From the NCBI GenBank assembly GCA_001643675.2, contig LSRY02000005.1, positions 1 to 64,000 of the forward strand: a stretch of 64,000 nt of DNA. Reading direction: 5' to 3'. The DNA is from Monocercomonoides exilis PA203. Taxonomy: Eukaryota > Protista > Preaxostyla. The notes under the pieces were generated by a model that was not told where the DNA came from, did not search any database, and saw only the letters and a program-made list of their open reading frames with translations. Of this stretch, positions 27,112-40,349 are shown piece after piece. A program made the translations under genes and the position numbers. The stretch's first letter is position 1, and the number at the start of each line of letters is the position of its first letter.

Positions 27112-28521
27112 ATGAACAAACGTTTCTGGGTATGTCTGTGTTTTGGAACAGACGATTGTTTATTGATTTTATTTTTTTTCTTTTTTGAACATAATTAAAG
27201 AGAAACTTTCACAGATGGAACAATGCACCGACACTGAGCAGAAACTGAAAATTGAAGAAATGAATGGAATAGTTGAAGAAATGGATTATAATGAATTTAA
27301 ATCAGTTTTCACAGAAAAGCTGTTCAACAAAATTCACCAAATGATTGAAGAAAAGAAACTTTCGATGGAAAATGCAATTTTGTTGTTAAAGATCGTTGGA
27401 TATTATAAAATAATGATATTTATTTTATTGTTTTCTTTTAAAGAATCTTCGTTGTGTAAAAGATTTGAAAAGATGATTATTGAGGAAGATCTTGAGAAAA
27501 AAGAGGAAAAGAATGAAAAGCTTCTGGCTGATCTTTGCGAATGCTATCTTTCTCTTGGTCATGATTTCCCACCTGAATTGTTATCGATTTGTGTGCCTTG
27601 TCTCCTCAAAGTTGCGTTGAATAAAGAGGAAAACAAGGAGACTGAGAAAGAAGCAGAAATAGCATTGTTGGGTTTGACAACTTTAGGACTAAGAGTATGA
27701 AAACTCTTTTTCTTTTTGATGTTTCTGATTTTCATCTTTGTCTTTTTTAAAGTTCATCCAACGAAAAACTTTATCTGAATGAAATCAAAGAAATTATCGT
27801 TTATCATCAAGAAAATCACAATCTGACGCGACTCGCCTATCATTGTGCTTGGGACTTTTTGATTTGCAGATTGAAAGCTGACGAAAGCTTGGAAGAAGTG
27901 ATAACGAAAGAACTGCATTTTGTGAGAGCGGCAGCAGGAGAAATAGAAGATCTGTCAAAGTGTGTGGATTGGAAGAGAAAAGTTGATAAAAAAGAAAAAG
28001 AAAAAGTGAAGGAAGAGCTTATAATCTGGAGATAGTTCGATGCGATTGATATGTTCATATACTCATACACATTGTGGAACGAAGAACTAACTGGACTTAT
28101 GGTCATCCTTGTGAAATTATTTCATGCATCAAGGGTCTATCACAAAAATATTGGTAATGGATTCCTCGATTCACTTCGACTTATAGCAAAAAATGAAAAT
28201 GTGAAAATTGATGACTTGCTGAAAAGCGGAGCTGTTGATCTCTATTTGGAAGAAATTAATCAATCAACTTTGAATGACATGATGATATTTTATGCCTTTG
28301 CATTTTTTAAAACGATTTCAAGTAGATTGAAAGAAGAGGAGAATAATGGAATAGAAATAGCGAAAATAAAAGAGATGAAAAGGAAAGTGTTTGAAAAGAT
28401 GGAAGAAGAAGGATCAGAAGATATCATCACAAGCATTCATGAAAGATTTAAATATCACAACAGATTTTTTTATCCTTATTTACTGTCTGAAGACTTAATT
28501 GAATATTTTATGAATGTTTGA
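27112..28521 (+). pseudogene. Paralogue of the 21.9-23.4 kb family gene with a premature stop
   Basis: Same motifs and intron positions (introns ~27130-27203 and ~27695-27751). In-frame TAG at 28033-28035 where the paralogue has Trp (R-W-F becomes R-*-F). Confidence 0.72.
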
Positions 28522-28949
28522 GTAAATGAGATGTTATTTATTTTGTAACTCAAAATTTTATTTTTTCTTTTTTTTACCATTTCACAGAATAGAAAACAAA
28601 CAGTGGTTTGAATCTATTTAAATATTTTTCCCCCCATAACTTCAAAATGCAACAAAGCAATTGAATAAAATTGAAAAAACAAAGTGCAAAAAAATCCTGA
28701 AGTTTAAATCCTCCAGAGAGGATAATAAAGTTCTTCATCTTTTTTGGTTATTTGAGAAAAATGAATCAAAATTTAATTTGGAGAATTTGATTGAGTTAGG
28801 AAATATAATATAAATTGTTGATAGATTATTTCGCTTAAAAGAAGAAGAAGAAAGAGAAGGAGAGATTGAAGAAGAAGAAGAAGAATTAAAAGAACGAGGA
28901 GAAGAAGAGGAAGAGGAATAGGAAGAGGAATGACAGATTTTGGATGTGA

Positions 28950-30600
28950 AATCCCTACAGAGAGTCCATGCTCATCCAAGATGTGTGTGAAAGCTAGTTG
29001 TTATAATTTGTATGGTAGCTAGCGGGACAATCATGTGATGATAAAAGTGATTGGAGAGAAGAAGGAGATGAGTGAAGAGCGGGAGGGGATTGTGGGGGAG
29101 CCAGTTGTGGAGTGGAGTGGATGATACAGCAGGATGGAGAGATGAGTGTAACATTTTATTGGGAACAGGCTGTTTGGGAGGAGAGAGAGAAGAGAAGAGA
29201 AGGAGGAGAGGAAGAGAGAGGACGATTGCTAATTGAAGAGAGAAGAGTGAAAAGTGAAATGTCTGGTGTAGAATTGGCGTTTGACATTAGATGGAAAAAT
29301 GTTTCTTTAAAATTCGGACAGAAAGAGAGAGATGATAAACGAGTTTGCTGCAATTGAAGATGTAGCGATTCAGTAAAGTTTTCCGTTGATATTGAAATGA
29401 AAATAAAGTGTGGGATCTTCCAAGTCTATAGAAATGAATGGGCGATCTGGCTGTTAACCCTGGTACATTCGATGATTACCAAGAAGAGAATGAAAAATCG
29501 GATCTGTCAAAGGAATAGTTCTGGGCATCAGACAGTTGCATCATCTGCTTTCCGTAAGATGTCAAGTCTTCTTCGGGTTGATAAAGATGTTTTCTTTACT
29601 ATTTTCCTTCTTCTGCACAATAATGAAACTGCTGGCTCGCATTCGCTTGTTCTCTCTTCAAAAAAATATCAAAATACAACTTCTGATCGGTCTCCAGCTT
29701 TTTGAACATTTGCGAACCAGTAAACTTTGCAAAGAAAGTCATCAGCAGTTAAGTGAGCGAATTCTCCATGGTTATCCGTTCATGTTGTGATTCTTTACTT
29801 GCGTCCATTAACGTTTCTCTTGTTGAAATCAAAAGCAATGTAATTGCTCTTTCAATTTCATCAAAATCACTTTAAATTTCAATGAAATTTCATTTGCAGA
29901 AGAAAGCGAAAGCAATGAAGTTGTGGAAATAATCTTCTTCCAGTTCACATTTCTTCTCTTCAACAAGCAATTCTGAACATAAATCAGTCCTGCGGAAAGC
30001 ACTGCATTATTTTGCGTTCACTTCCGATAAACTTTGAAAGCCCACAAAAAATCAAATCTTCAACTCCAGAAACCTCAAAAAGAATTATTGATCCGTTTGA
30101 TTGGAGTGTTTTTGTCGTGCTTAACAGACATGTTTCTGAAGGCACAATCATGAATCCGTTCACTTTGGCTCTTTCCAGACAGTAGGAAATAGTCTGATGA
30201 TGAAACAGCCAGATCTGCAACAATGGAATTTCTCAAAATAACACAATTTGAATCATCAGATGAAAATATGAGGCTGGAAATGCAAAGATTCTTTTGGGGG
30301 ATCAAACTCATATTTGTGAAACAGATTGCCCCACTTTGCAAAAGAAACGGAGATTCCGATTTTTGGTGGGAAATGCAGGAATCCATTGTTACAGTCGATT
30401 TGTCTGTTATTAGCACACACGTTGAAGAAGAATGCTCAATTGCCACATTGTTGAGTCCAACTGTAGAATTGTGCAATCCCAAAAATGTGTTTTTCACTGT
30501 AGAAAGTCCTGACTGTAATCTTTTCACTTCCAACAATGCATTCTGCTCGAATAAATAATTGTTATCAGTCTTTGATAGATATTGTGCATCATTTGAATAA
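28950..30600 (-). pseudogene. Frameshifted beta-helix (pectin-lyase-like) surface-protein family remnant
   Basis: The 153-aa ORF 30075-30536 has Ser/Asn/Cys-rich beta-strand repeats (VTMDSCISH, ERIHDCAFRNMSV). Similar fragments continue in other frames downstream with multiple stops. Confidence 0.45.
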
Positions 30601-31418
30601 CCTGAACCCTAATAAAGAAAATTATTGAAAAAATAACAGTTAAAAAGAATACCTTTGTTTTTCAAAATTGAAATTTCAGAGATATTCTGCACGTCAAAAA
30701 CGTTCCCTAGAGTTTTATGTGTCGAAGAAAAATAACTTATGCAATATGCGAGAAAATCAATTTTTTAGTGATCAAAAAATATTATAAAACATTGTTTTCT
30801 CAGTTTTTGTTGGAACTGTGAAGTTTTTAATGGAAAAACAAACAAATATATGTTGAACAAAACAATTTTCAAGATAAAAAATGTAAACGGAGTTTTTTTT
30901 TAGAAGCAGCAATGGTTGAAATTTTTGAACTTTTGTGACTATTCATTAAAGAATACACATATATATATGTTCATATAAATCTGAATATAACAATAATCTT
31001 TGTCATATCTTTCGCATTTCATCTTCAATTATATCCTTTTTTATCGAACTGGGTGATAAAAGAGAAAATGTTATTCATTATTGCAAAAATTTTTTGATTA
31101 AATATTTCTCAATGAAATGATTTGATCATATTTTTTCAAGCAAAACATAAGACGAAAATTTGAAGCAAAAAAGGACTGGACTTCTTTGTAAACAATAAAG
31201 TTACAGAATGAATAATCAATTGAATCTTTATGAAAGATAAATAGAAATTTTGCTGACAAATTTCAAATCAAAAAATTGTTTTATTGAGAAAAACAATTTA
31301 AATTTCATTCAAAATTTTTGAAGTTTTTTGAAATTATTGAGATCTCAAAACGATAATCAATTTTCTTATTATATTAATATAGATCAAAATAAATATTTAA
31401 ATAAGTGTTATTTGAAGA

Positions 31419-34361
31419 ATGTTCTGGGGGTTAATTCTTGTCCAAGTCGTAATATCGGTTTACTCACAAGATGATCCATCAAAACCAGTTACAACAGTGT
31501 TCCTCAAGCAAAGCGGGAACAATTCCAACAGCGGATTATATATTGGTCAGGAAAGACAATCTTTATATTCAGCATATTCACTCCTGAGCGATAATTGTGC
31601 TTGTTTCATGAAAGTCGTTTATGATACAGAATTATTAACTGCGGATACAGTTACATTTAGAAATAAACAAAAAGTTACGGTTGAAGGAGTAAATAACGAA
31701 GGAAGTGGAAACACTGAAGTGGCAATGGACTGTGACATAAATCCAGGACAAACTCTATTTAATTGTTATTGCGACATGGAATTCAAATGTATAGCTTTCC
31801 ATTTTCCAGCAACATTGGCAAAAGAACCTAAAAATGATGAAATACTGGCTTTGATAAATGAGCAACGTGCAAGCTTGACAATAAGCAGCTGCAGATTTAT
31901 TCGGCCAGCTGGGGAAAACGTAATTGATTTTAGACTTGTTTACCAATATCAAGGTTCATTGACGATGGAGTCAGTTGAATGCTTGGATGAAGAAAATGCA
32001 TTTAAATCGGAGTACGAACTGTTTTCTATAAGTAACGCTGACACAATAATATTATCTAATCTAGCTTTGAACAATATTGAAATAATTAATGATTATGATA
32101 ATGGAATATATACTGACTCCGTTATCAATGTAAATGGTTATGCAAAAACCAAAGTTGATCTTATATTGAATGGGAGCACATTTTCGGACTTAAAAAGCAC
32201 GAGCAAAATTTTGTCTTTCACAACTGACAGCGACAAAAGCACATTTACTGTTGGAGATGGAGGTGTCACAACTTTTTCATCATGCCATGGTGATTTTTAT
32301 TATGGCTCTGGAGGAATATATCTACGAATGCTTGCAATTGAATCAGCAAGTCAGATTAAATGGCCCAAAGATGGGAGGAATCTGATATTTGACAAATGCA
32401 CAGTCGGAGAAGGTCAATCAAAAAGAGACACTGGACTGTTATTGATGATGGCAAATGACTCATTGTTCGAAGACATAGCAGTTGAAATGAAGAAGAGTTT
32501 TGCAACAAATTATACTCGGAATGATAATTTGTGGTTTGTTGCAGCATGTGTTGATGGCACAGAAAAAATTTTTGATTTTGTGTCCAAGTATTTTGATCTG
32601 ATAGGAAAGATATTTGTAAAGAACAAAGGAACAGGAGACGGATTGACAAGTTATTCACCATTGAGTTCATTGAAAGTTGCATATGATAAACTTGATGAAG
32701 TTCTTTGTTCTGTAGGATACTTCATAGAGATTGTAAAAGACGAAAGCCAGTTTACAGCAGAAGAAATGACAATTAGCAACGAAAAGGGAATAACCATTGA
32801 AGGAGTGAACAGCAATGGAAATGGAAATGTTGAAGTGGCAATCGATTGTGATGTTAGAGCAATGTCTGCTCTATTCACGTGCGAAAAAGAGGTGGAATTC
32901 AAGTATTTGGCATTCAATTTTCCCACGTTAGAGAACAAATGGAATTCTTTGATTTTTGGAAATGAAATGTCAACTTCACTCACGATCAGCAATTGCCGAT
33001 TTGTCAGAGTTGGAACACAATCATCATCAGATGAGATGAATACAAATGATGATGGAGACGGTGTTGTTGAAGGTAGACTTGTGAACGTTTTAAGTGGGAA
33101 AGTCACATTGAACAATGTTTCATGTGCAGATGATTCAATTTGCGTTTCATTTTTTTCATCTCCATTTTTTTTCAGCGGTGTGAGTTCAGCTTCGTTGAAT
33201 GGAGTGGAGATCAGCAATGTGAATATTCAAAAAAATGCCATATTTTTGATTCAAGATTTGAAAAGTCATGCAACGAAAATAGCTGTTGAAGGGATGCTTA
33301 TGAAGGAAGTGAGTTCAGAATTGGGAGAAGCAGCAGGGATGGAGATATATTTATACTCAGAAGAATCGACTTTGACGATTGGAAGAAAAAGCAAGTGTAC
33401 ATTCAAAAAATGTTCGGCTCCAATGGGGAAATCAGGAGCAATATACATTTGGATGACAAAGATAACACCAAATCTTCAGCTTCCGTCAGCAAACAATCTG
33501 GAGATTGATGGTTCAAACACAGCGAATTCATCATCGAGATCAATATGCATAGTTGCAAAAGATTTTGAGGAGTTCTGCAAACAAGAAGATGCATTTGAGT
33601 TTGCTAAAGATTTTGATGAATCAGCAGCTGGGTGGATTGTGGGAGCAAAAGATGAAGAATCTGAGCCAGAGGATGCGTATGAGAAGTATTTGAAGAGGAA
33701 GAAGGATCAAGAATCTGATCCAGAATCAGACACGGTGAACAAAGGTGATCCGAAAACAAAAGCAGGAACAATTGTTGCGATTGTTGTACCTATTGTGGTT
33801 GTTATTGTTGCTGCTGCAGTTATTTGCATCATTTTGATTTCAGTTAAGAGAAAGAAGAGGATTAATGTGGAGAGGGAAGAAAATGCATTAGAAGGGGAAA
33901 CAGATGAAAGAGAAGAAGAAGAATGCAGATCAGTAAAGAATCCAGTGATGGAATCAAATTCAATTGAAAATACATCAACCATTCAACATTTGGGCAATAC
34001 AACGCATGACATTAGCAAAACTGAAGAACATTTACAGAAAGATGAAAAAAGGGAAGGAATAAGCAATGAATTTATTGAAGAAGCTGTGAATCAGATTTTA
34101 TCTCCTTCTTCTTCTTCTGTGTTAACTGAAGGATTACAATCAGACACAACAAATGTGAATTTAAAAGAATTTGTAAAAGGAACAAGCACTTTTTCGATTC
34201 AAGCTAGCGAACAAAATGATGGAACAGGAATGGCAGATGAGGAAATCAAAGAAAATAGTACATCAGAAGAAAAAGAGAAAAAGAAAGAAAGGAAAACTCA
34301 AAAATTAACACATTTGATTGAAAATATCGAAATGGAAAATGAAAAAGGAGAGGAAGAATAG
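31419..34361 (+). CDS. Type I membrane surface protein with two internally duplicated beta-helix-like modules, 980 aa
   Basis: N-terminal signal peptide (MFWGLILVQVVISVYS). Two ~370-aa repeats (VTVEGVNNEGSGNTEVAMDCD vs ITIEGVNSNGNGNVEVAIDCD; GGIY vs GAIY). One TM helix (TIVAIVVPIVVVIVAAAVICIILISV) followed by KRKKR and an acidic tail. Intronless. Confidence 0.88.
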   Translation: MFWGLILVQVVISVYSQDDPSKPVTTVFLKQSGNNSNSGLYIGQERQSLYSAYSLLSDNCACFMKVVYDTELLTADTVTFRNKQKVTVEGVNNEGSGNTEVAMDCDINPGQTLFNCYCDMEFKCIAFHFPATLAKEPKNDEILALINEQRASLTISSCRFIRPAGENVIDFRLVYQYQGSLTMESVECLDEENAFKSEYELFSISNADTIILSNLALNNIEIINDYDNGIYTDSVINVNGYAKTKVDLILNGSTFSDLKSTSKILSFTTDSDKSTFTVGDGGVTTFSSCHGDFYYGSGGIYLRMLAIESASQIKWPKDGRNLIFDKCTVGEGQSKRDTGLLLMMANDSLFEDIAVEMKKSFATNYTRNDNLWFVAACVDGTEKIFDFVSKYFDLIGKIFVKNKGTGDGLTSYSPLSSLKVAYDKLDEVLCSVGYFIEIVKDESQFTAEEMTISNEKGITIEGVNSNGNGNVEVAIDCDVRAMSALFTCEKEVEFKYLAFNFPTLENKWNSLIFGNEMSTSLTISNCRFVRVGTQSSSDEMNTNDDGDGVVEGRLVNVLSGKVTLNNVSCADDSICVSFFSSPFFFSGVSSASLNGVEISNVNIQKNAIFLIQDLKSHATKIAVEGMLMKEVSSELGEAAGMEIYLYSEESTLTIGRKSKCTFKKCSAPMGKSGAIYIWMTKITPNLQLPSANNLEIDGSNTANSSSRSICIVAKDFEEFCKQEDAFEFAKDFDESAAGWIVGAKDEESEPEDAYEKYLKRKKDQESDPESDTVNKGDPKTKAGTIVAIVVPIVVVIVAAAVICIILISVKRKKRINVEREENALEGETDEREEEECRSVKNPVMESNSIENTSTIQHLGNTTHDISKTEEHLQKDEKREGISNEFIEEAVNQILSPSSSSVLTEGLQSDTTNVNLKEFVKGTSTFSIQASEQNDGTGMADEEIKENSTSEEKEKKKERKTQKLTHLIENIEMENEKGEEE

Positions 34362-35302
34362 AAAGAAGAATAAGAAGAAGAAAACAAAAAAATATTTTGA
34401 ATTGAAAGAAAGAAAGAAAAGTTGAGAAAGATTTGAAGAAAAGTGATTTTCTAGGCTTGAAAAAAGAATTTGACAGAAATGGAAAGATTTTTTGAAAGAA
34501 AAAAGCAAAAAAAAAAAAAATTCAACGCAAGAACTATATATTTTTTATGCAAAATATAACATTGTTATTAACTTTGCTCCTTTTATCAATGTTTTCTTTT
34601 ATCCTTCTCTCTTCATGTTTTTTACTGATTTGCACCTAAATTCTTTTAATTTTATAATGAATGGTAAGAATTATTTTTCTCAATTAATTTGTTTGAAATT
34701 ACATTTTTTTTAAAATCTATTGAATGACTTTCTGAATAATCCTTCCGTGTAATTCGTCTATTTCTTTTGAATCTTTCTTTTCTTTTTGAAATTCATTATT
34801 TTTATAAAAGAAAATAGCAAAGGTTATTTTCTTTTATTTGATTTTTTCACTTCGTTCAATAAAAGAAAAGTTTTCTTTGTTGAATGTGTTGTGAATCAAT
34901 TTTCTTAAAGATAATTGGAAAATTGAGATGATCATCGTGTTGTTTTTCATTGCCTTCATTCAATGATATAATGTCTTGTTTGTATTTTATAGTCATAATT
35001 TCTTTTTGAAATTCTTTAAAATAATAAAAGACAGTTAATCTTAAAGATTGATTTTTTGAATTAATTTTTATTACTGTTGTTTTCAATTGAAAGGAAAAAA
35101 ACGTTCCATTTAAAAAAGCAAAATGAATTCGTATCAGATACTCACTGTTCTTGTTAATTGTTAATTCTTTTTGTATTATTGAAATTATGAAAAACAAAGA
35201 TTTGACGAATATTTTGTTTATTTTGTCATGTTTTTTTGAAATGATCGATTTTATACGAATGATAATAACTCTTCAACATTTCAATTGTTCAAAAACAAAA
35301 AA

Positions 35303-36560
35303 CTATTGCGGAAGTCCAAAATTAACTGGCATTTTGTCGATGTTCATTATTCCCCAATCACATCCCTTTGTTTGTCTTGTTTTTCTTGTACATGAAAGCG
35401 GCAATGATTTGTTGTCCAATTTCTCAATTTCTTTCACTTTTTTGAAGCTTTCTTCAAAGATCTGAGCTGTTGAAGGAATCATGTGAAAATCATTAACAAG
35501 TCCACTTTCTTTAAAAGCAGAAAAAATGTTTATCGATGAAGAAACTTGCAATATTGCGTTCATTCCAACCCACAAAAGTTGTTCTACGCTGTCGTGTGTT
35601 GCACCCGAGCTAACCTGCTGTATTTGAAGCTTCCAAAGTGAAAAAATAAATAAATCCAATGACTGCAATAAGTGTGTTGTATTCGGAGGCAAAACCAAAA
35701 GCAAAATATTCTCATTAACAAGACGAGTCAATACATTATCCGATAGGTGGATTCTGCAGCCATCAAGAATCAACACTGCCTGTGCGTGTTTATCTGGCAA
35801 AATCATTCTTTTAATGTTGACATGAGGAATGAAAATTTTCTCAATCCAGTTTTCAAACAACTCCTTTGTGAAATAAGACGAATTTCCGATTTCCACACAA
35901 CCCTGAATTCCGGAATGATTTGACAGAAACTGAATGGATCTAATGTTGAATAGTTTCTGCACCAGAAAACAAGGAGGGACAAAAGGACCATCAAGTGAAA
36001 TACAATGAAGCAATTATAACCTTTTTTCTCCTCTGTCAACAGGCGTGTGATCCATTTCACGATTTCCATTTGTTCCTACAATAAGGTTCACCTTTCTTGT
36101 ATCTTCATGTGCATGATAACCTGATTCATCAGCACAAAAGATCATTGAAAATTAATTTCTATTCACATTTTGAGTCAAATGATTTTTCAATGCAATAATG
36201 TTTTGTTCAGATATTTTCATCCTATTTTCGTCTCTCGCGCTTGAAGGAACGATCATCAATTCCTCGCTCTGCCTTTTTATGAATGAAGAATGAAAATTGT
36301 GAGAAGGCGTTTTATGACAAACTTTCGCAACAACGGCTCTAAGCGTTTTCTATGTGATTTGCTTTCTTTTGTCTCACAAATTTTTTAGTATTTCCATGAC
36401 TCGTTTTTCTTGCTTTCGAGTCATTAACATGTTTTTTTCTCAATTCCCTTTTTCATTATTTATCCGGTTCGAATCTGGCAGACAAGGCTCGGTGTGCAGT
36501 TGAGTGCCTTTGCAATTCGCACGATAAAAGGAATTTTGACTTTTCTCGTTTTGCAAGCGT
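35303..36560 (-). mobile_element. pogo/Tc5-type (DDE_1) transposase pseudogene
   Basis: Motifs IFCADESG (~36120-36145), VLILDGCRIH and LPPNTTHLLQSLD. An HTH-like region upstream (IAKALNCTPSLV; LTRKQEKRV) is broken by stops and a frameshift near 36015. Confidence 0.85.
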
Positions 36561-36811
36561 AGAAGAAGGAACGAATTAATGAAACTTTCGTTTTTGAAGC
36601 GTTTCGAAACAAGAAGGATGAAATGAAGTGGAGGTCTATTTTTGGAATAAATCCTGTTAAAACTGTTTCAAACGATGATGTACTAAAAGTTGAAATAATG
36701 AAAGGCATTTCCAATAAAAAGATTGACAAACTGTTTCAACTGAAACAACCATTATAATTTGAGAATTATTGTTACCAACATATAACAATTAACATGAATA
36801 GTGAGTGACTG

Positions 36812-37103
36812 ATGGGGAAAAATATGAACTTTCAAGCTAGTTTTGCCCAATACAAATATTTTTTGTTTCTCCAATAACTTTATATCACTTTCTCAGATTT
36901 CAAAATTTATTGTATTTTCATGTCCGATTACATGCATAATTAATGTTATAAAAAATAATTTTGTTTCTTCACAAGTGCGACAAAAAAAATTAAAAAAAAT
37001 TAAAAAAAAAAAAGACTTTTATTTGTTTTTTTGATCACAATTAATGAACCAAAAGTGCAAAGTCTATCGATAAAAATGCTTGAAGTCACATATTTTGTTC
37101 CAT
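36812..37103. mobile_element. MITE family A, copy 3 (diverged)
   Basis: Starts ATGGGGAAAAATATGAACTTTCAAGCT and ends ATGCTTGAAGTCACATATTTTGTTCCAT. Internal TTTCTCAGATTTCAAAAT is shared with copy 2. Confidence 0.72.
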
Positions 37104-37535
37104 ATGGGTCATTCTTTTTGAAAAGTCACAAATGCTTAATATCCGTGTAATATTTACTGAACCTTATTTTCATATTTTTGCTTCATATCCGTCAAACTTA
37201 ATTGCAATGCAAATTAGAATAATAAACATATTTGGTTCGAGAATATGTGCGTCGTGGAGAAATTTGATGGATTTATTGCAAAAAATGATCAAATTGGTAA
37301 TTTTTTTGTAAACATCTTTTTGATGAATTTACAACAAAAACAAAAATTTCATATTTTCATCAATTTTCTGTTCCCATTCACGAATCATCTGTTCAATGAA
37401 AATAATGACATTGCTTGTGTTTTGTTTCCATAATAGTGAAGTTTCTTGAGAGGGAACAGAAAATCTATGAGAATATGAAATTTTAATTGTTCTTGAAAAT
37501 TAATCAAAAGGAATTTTACAAAAAAAAATTAGATA

Positions 37536-37777
37536 TGGGTGATTATTTTTGAAATCAAATATTTTCATACAAAAATTCCGGTGCAAAAATATTTCAAGAA
37601 TACAAATAAAAAAAAATTGAAAAGTGAAAAGGCTAATTGAATACATTTTAATCTTTGATTAGGAAAAACAATTGTCATTCTTTTTCACTTTTGAATATAA
37701 ATTTTTTTTCAAAAAACTTTCAATCTAAGAAAAAACAACACCCAGAAAATTTTTATGATAACAAAAATAATCACCCA
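37536..37777. mobile_element. MITE-like module family B, copy 1
   Basis: TGGGTGATTATTTTTG...CAAAAATAATCACCCA terminal inverted repeat; colinear with the copy at 39690. Confidence 0.75.
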
Positions 37778-37959
37778 TCAAATATCAGTTCTCACTCAAA
37801 AACTTAACTAAAATGGAAATAATAACGTTGTCAACATTTTGTTTCAATTTTTTTAAAATTTCATGATTGAGAACTGTTATTTGATCGAAACATGAAATTT
37901 TTGTTTTATTTGAAAATTTCACAAAAGGAACTTTTCAAAAAAATTATGACATATATAGA

Positions 37960-38717
37960 AAAAACTCTTCAGTCATATTCAATTTCTATGAGTCTGCTTT
38001 GAGTGAAAGTTTTACAACCTTGAAACCTGTTGTCTTCATGAAAAATCTGATCTCTCCCTCTTCTCCTGCTGCTCAAAAGGAAACAAATGAAAATCTTTGC
38101 TTGTGCATATGTGCGCATGGATTATCACTTCCTTGGTTTATGCTGCGTCTAAAAAGAGGAAACTCCAGATGAATTTTCTTCGTTGTTAGCTTTTAATATC
38201 CGATGCATTTATTTTTCATCAGGATGGATTGCAAATTAGATATTCAGAGAAATTATGTTCAATTGCTGGATTCCACTGATTTCCGCAAAAATCAATCAAA
38301 ATGAAGCAATGAAAGCACTTCTTCTAATGAACAATCACAGATCACATAATGACAAAATTGTGAAAAGCGAAGCAACAAAGAATTTAATTGCTATTCTTTG
38401 GTTTTCTCCAAGTATGACTCATTTCCTGCAGCCCAGTGATTCTAATGTTTTTTTCTTGTTTTAAGCTCGCAATAAACAACAAGTTTAGCCCTCTTTCAAA
38501 GTTAACTTTTAGTGAATATCGATCCACTCTCGCTATTGCACTTTCAAATTCTGTAGCATCTGCAATAACTCCATCGACAGTGAAAGAATCATATGTCAAA
38601 AGAGGAGTGTGGCCTTTTACAGCTTCTTCTGTTCTGACGAGAATATCAAATTCTCCGATCTCTTCTTCAAATGACAAAAATTTTGTGAAAGCATCTTTAA
38701 ATTTTTGGAAAAATTAA
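37960..38717 (+). mobile_element. Highly degenerate DDE_1 transposase pseudogene
   Basis: Motifs ALLLMNNHRSH and WFSPSMTHFLQPSDSNVF, then ITPSTVKESYVKRGVWPF in a shifted frame. Many stops. Confidence 0.75.
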
Positions 38718-39689
38718 TTGTTCGGAGATTTTTCTCCAAATAAATATCTCCAAATAACTTTTTCAATCAAAAATAAATTTGTTTCAACTTTTTCAACAAA
38801 CTTTTAAAAAGAACAAATGCCATTATCCCACACTAAATCACTACCAAATGCTTCAAATTCATCCAAATCCTCAGAGAACTCATCGTCTCCAATCTCACAG
38901 TTTTCTTCGAAAGAGACCACTTTGAGAGAGCTTTTTCAATGAATTCAAGTAGCAAAAAACAATATGTCAAAACTTCAAATTCAAACGAAATAATTTGGAT
39001 CGAAAAATATCAACAGCAGAAGCTCATCGCAAATCACAAAGCAGAGTCATGCAGATCTTCAGAAACGTTTGGATGCTTCAAAAAATTCTTCGAAGAAAAT
39101 ATTTATGAATCGTTGAAAAAGAATCAGAAAAGAAGAGCAAAAAATTGAAATCAAGCGCAATGAAAAAAGGCTGCAATTCAAATAGAAATGAAGCTTCCAA
39201 AGATCGTTTATCTCATATCTTCTGCAAAATAGAGTAAGAAATTCGAAAAACACTTAATCCAGAAGTGCAAAATGAAAAAAGAAAAATCACTTGATAAAAT
39301 TATTTCATTAAATATTCGATATTAGTTTCAAAGATGAAACAAATGTTATAATCCTTTTATTTGGATTATCATCAGACCTCTTCTGTTGTGTTATCTTTAT
39401 CTGCAAAGTCATGAACATTTTTTAAATATCTTCTGTGTGATAACAGTTTTTCGCCTCATTCTTAAACAAAAAATGAAGGAATATTTTTCCCTTGAAAATG
39501 TGGACTTCATCGTGTAAACTAATTAATTGTTTTCAATTCCAAAGAGAGCTATCAAACATTTTGATTATTTGTTTCTCATCTATTCACACTTTTTTATTCT
39601 TTTACGTATTAATAACGATTTAACAATAGCGCCTTTCAAATGTGGAACTATTAATGATAGAATAATCCAAACAAATATTTTGATAAAAC

Positions 39690-39946
39690 TGGGTAATTAT
39701 TTTTGATATCATATTTTTTCAAACAAAATTTTCGGAAAGAAAAATTTCATTGAGCATTAACAAATGAACACTGGAAAATGAAATGGCTTATAAAAGATAT
39801 CTTCGTCTTTATTTCAACAAAAACATTTGTTTATGAAACTATTGGGAAGTATTTTGCATTTGAATATAAAATTTCTTTCCAAAGACAAACAACCTTTGAA
39901 AAAACAGCGTTCCGAAAAAAGTTATGATTTCAAAAATAATCACCCA
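39690..39946. mobile_element. MITE-like module family B, copy 2
   Basis: TGGGTAATTATTTTTG...CAAAAATAATCACCCA; direct repeat of 37536-37777 (shared TTTGAATATAAA and GAAAAAACA blocks). Confidence 0.75.
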
Positions 39947-40349
39947 ACTTTTAAATAATTTCATAAAAATGATTTCTTTTTTAAAAAATACCGCATTTCA
40001 ACGCTTGTGAAATACAAAACATAAAAATTGAGATGATAGTTATTGGTAAATATATATATCAAGAGGGTCCATCTGTTTTGGGTTAAACACTGATGGTAAT
40101 TATGCACAAATATTAACCATTTATCTGAAATCAATATCAACAAGACAAACAGTTCAAAAAACTTCTATTCCAATTCATTTTGTTTGAATAAAAAAGTCAG
40201 GACCTTTGTCTAACATTTCACTTATCCTTTACTTCAATTTTTTTTATATCAAATTCGTGTTCAAAAGCAATAACATTTAATGTTAATGGATTCCATTTCG
40301 TTAAAGTGAAGAGGTTTTTTGTTTTATGAATTTTGTTCTTTATATGTTG

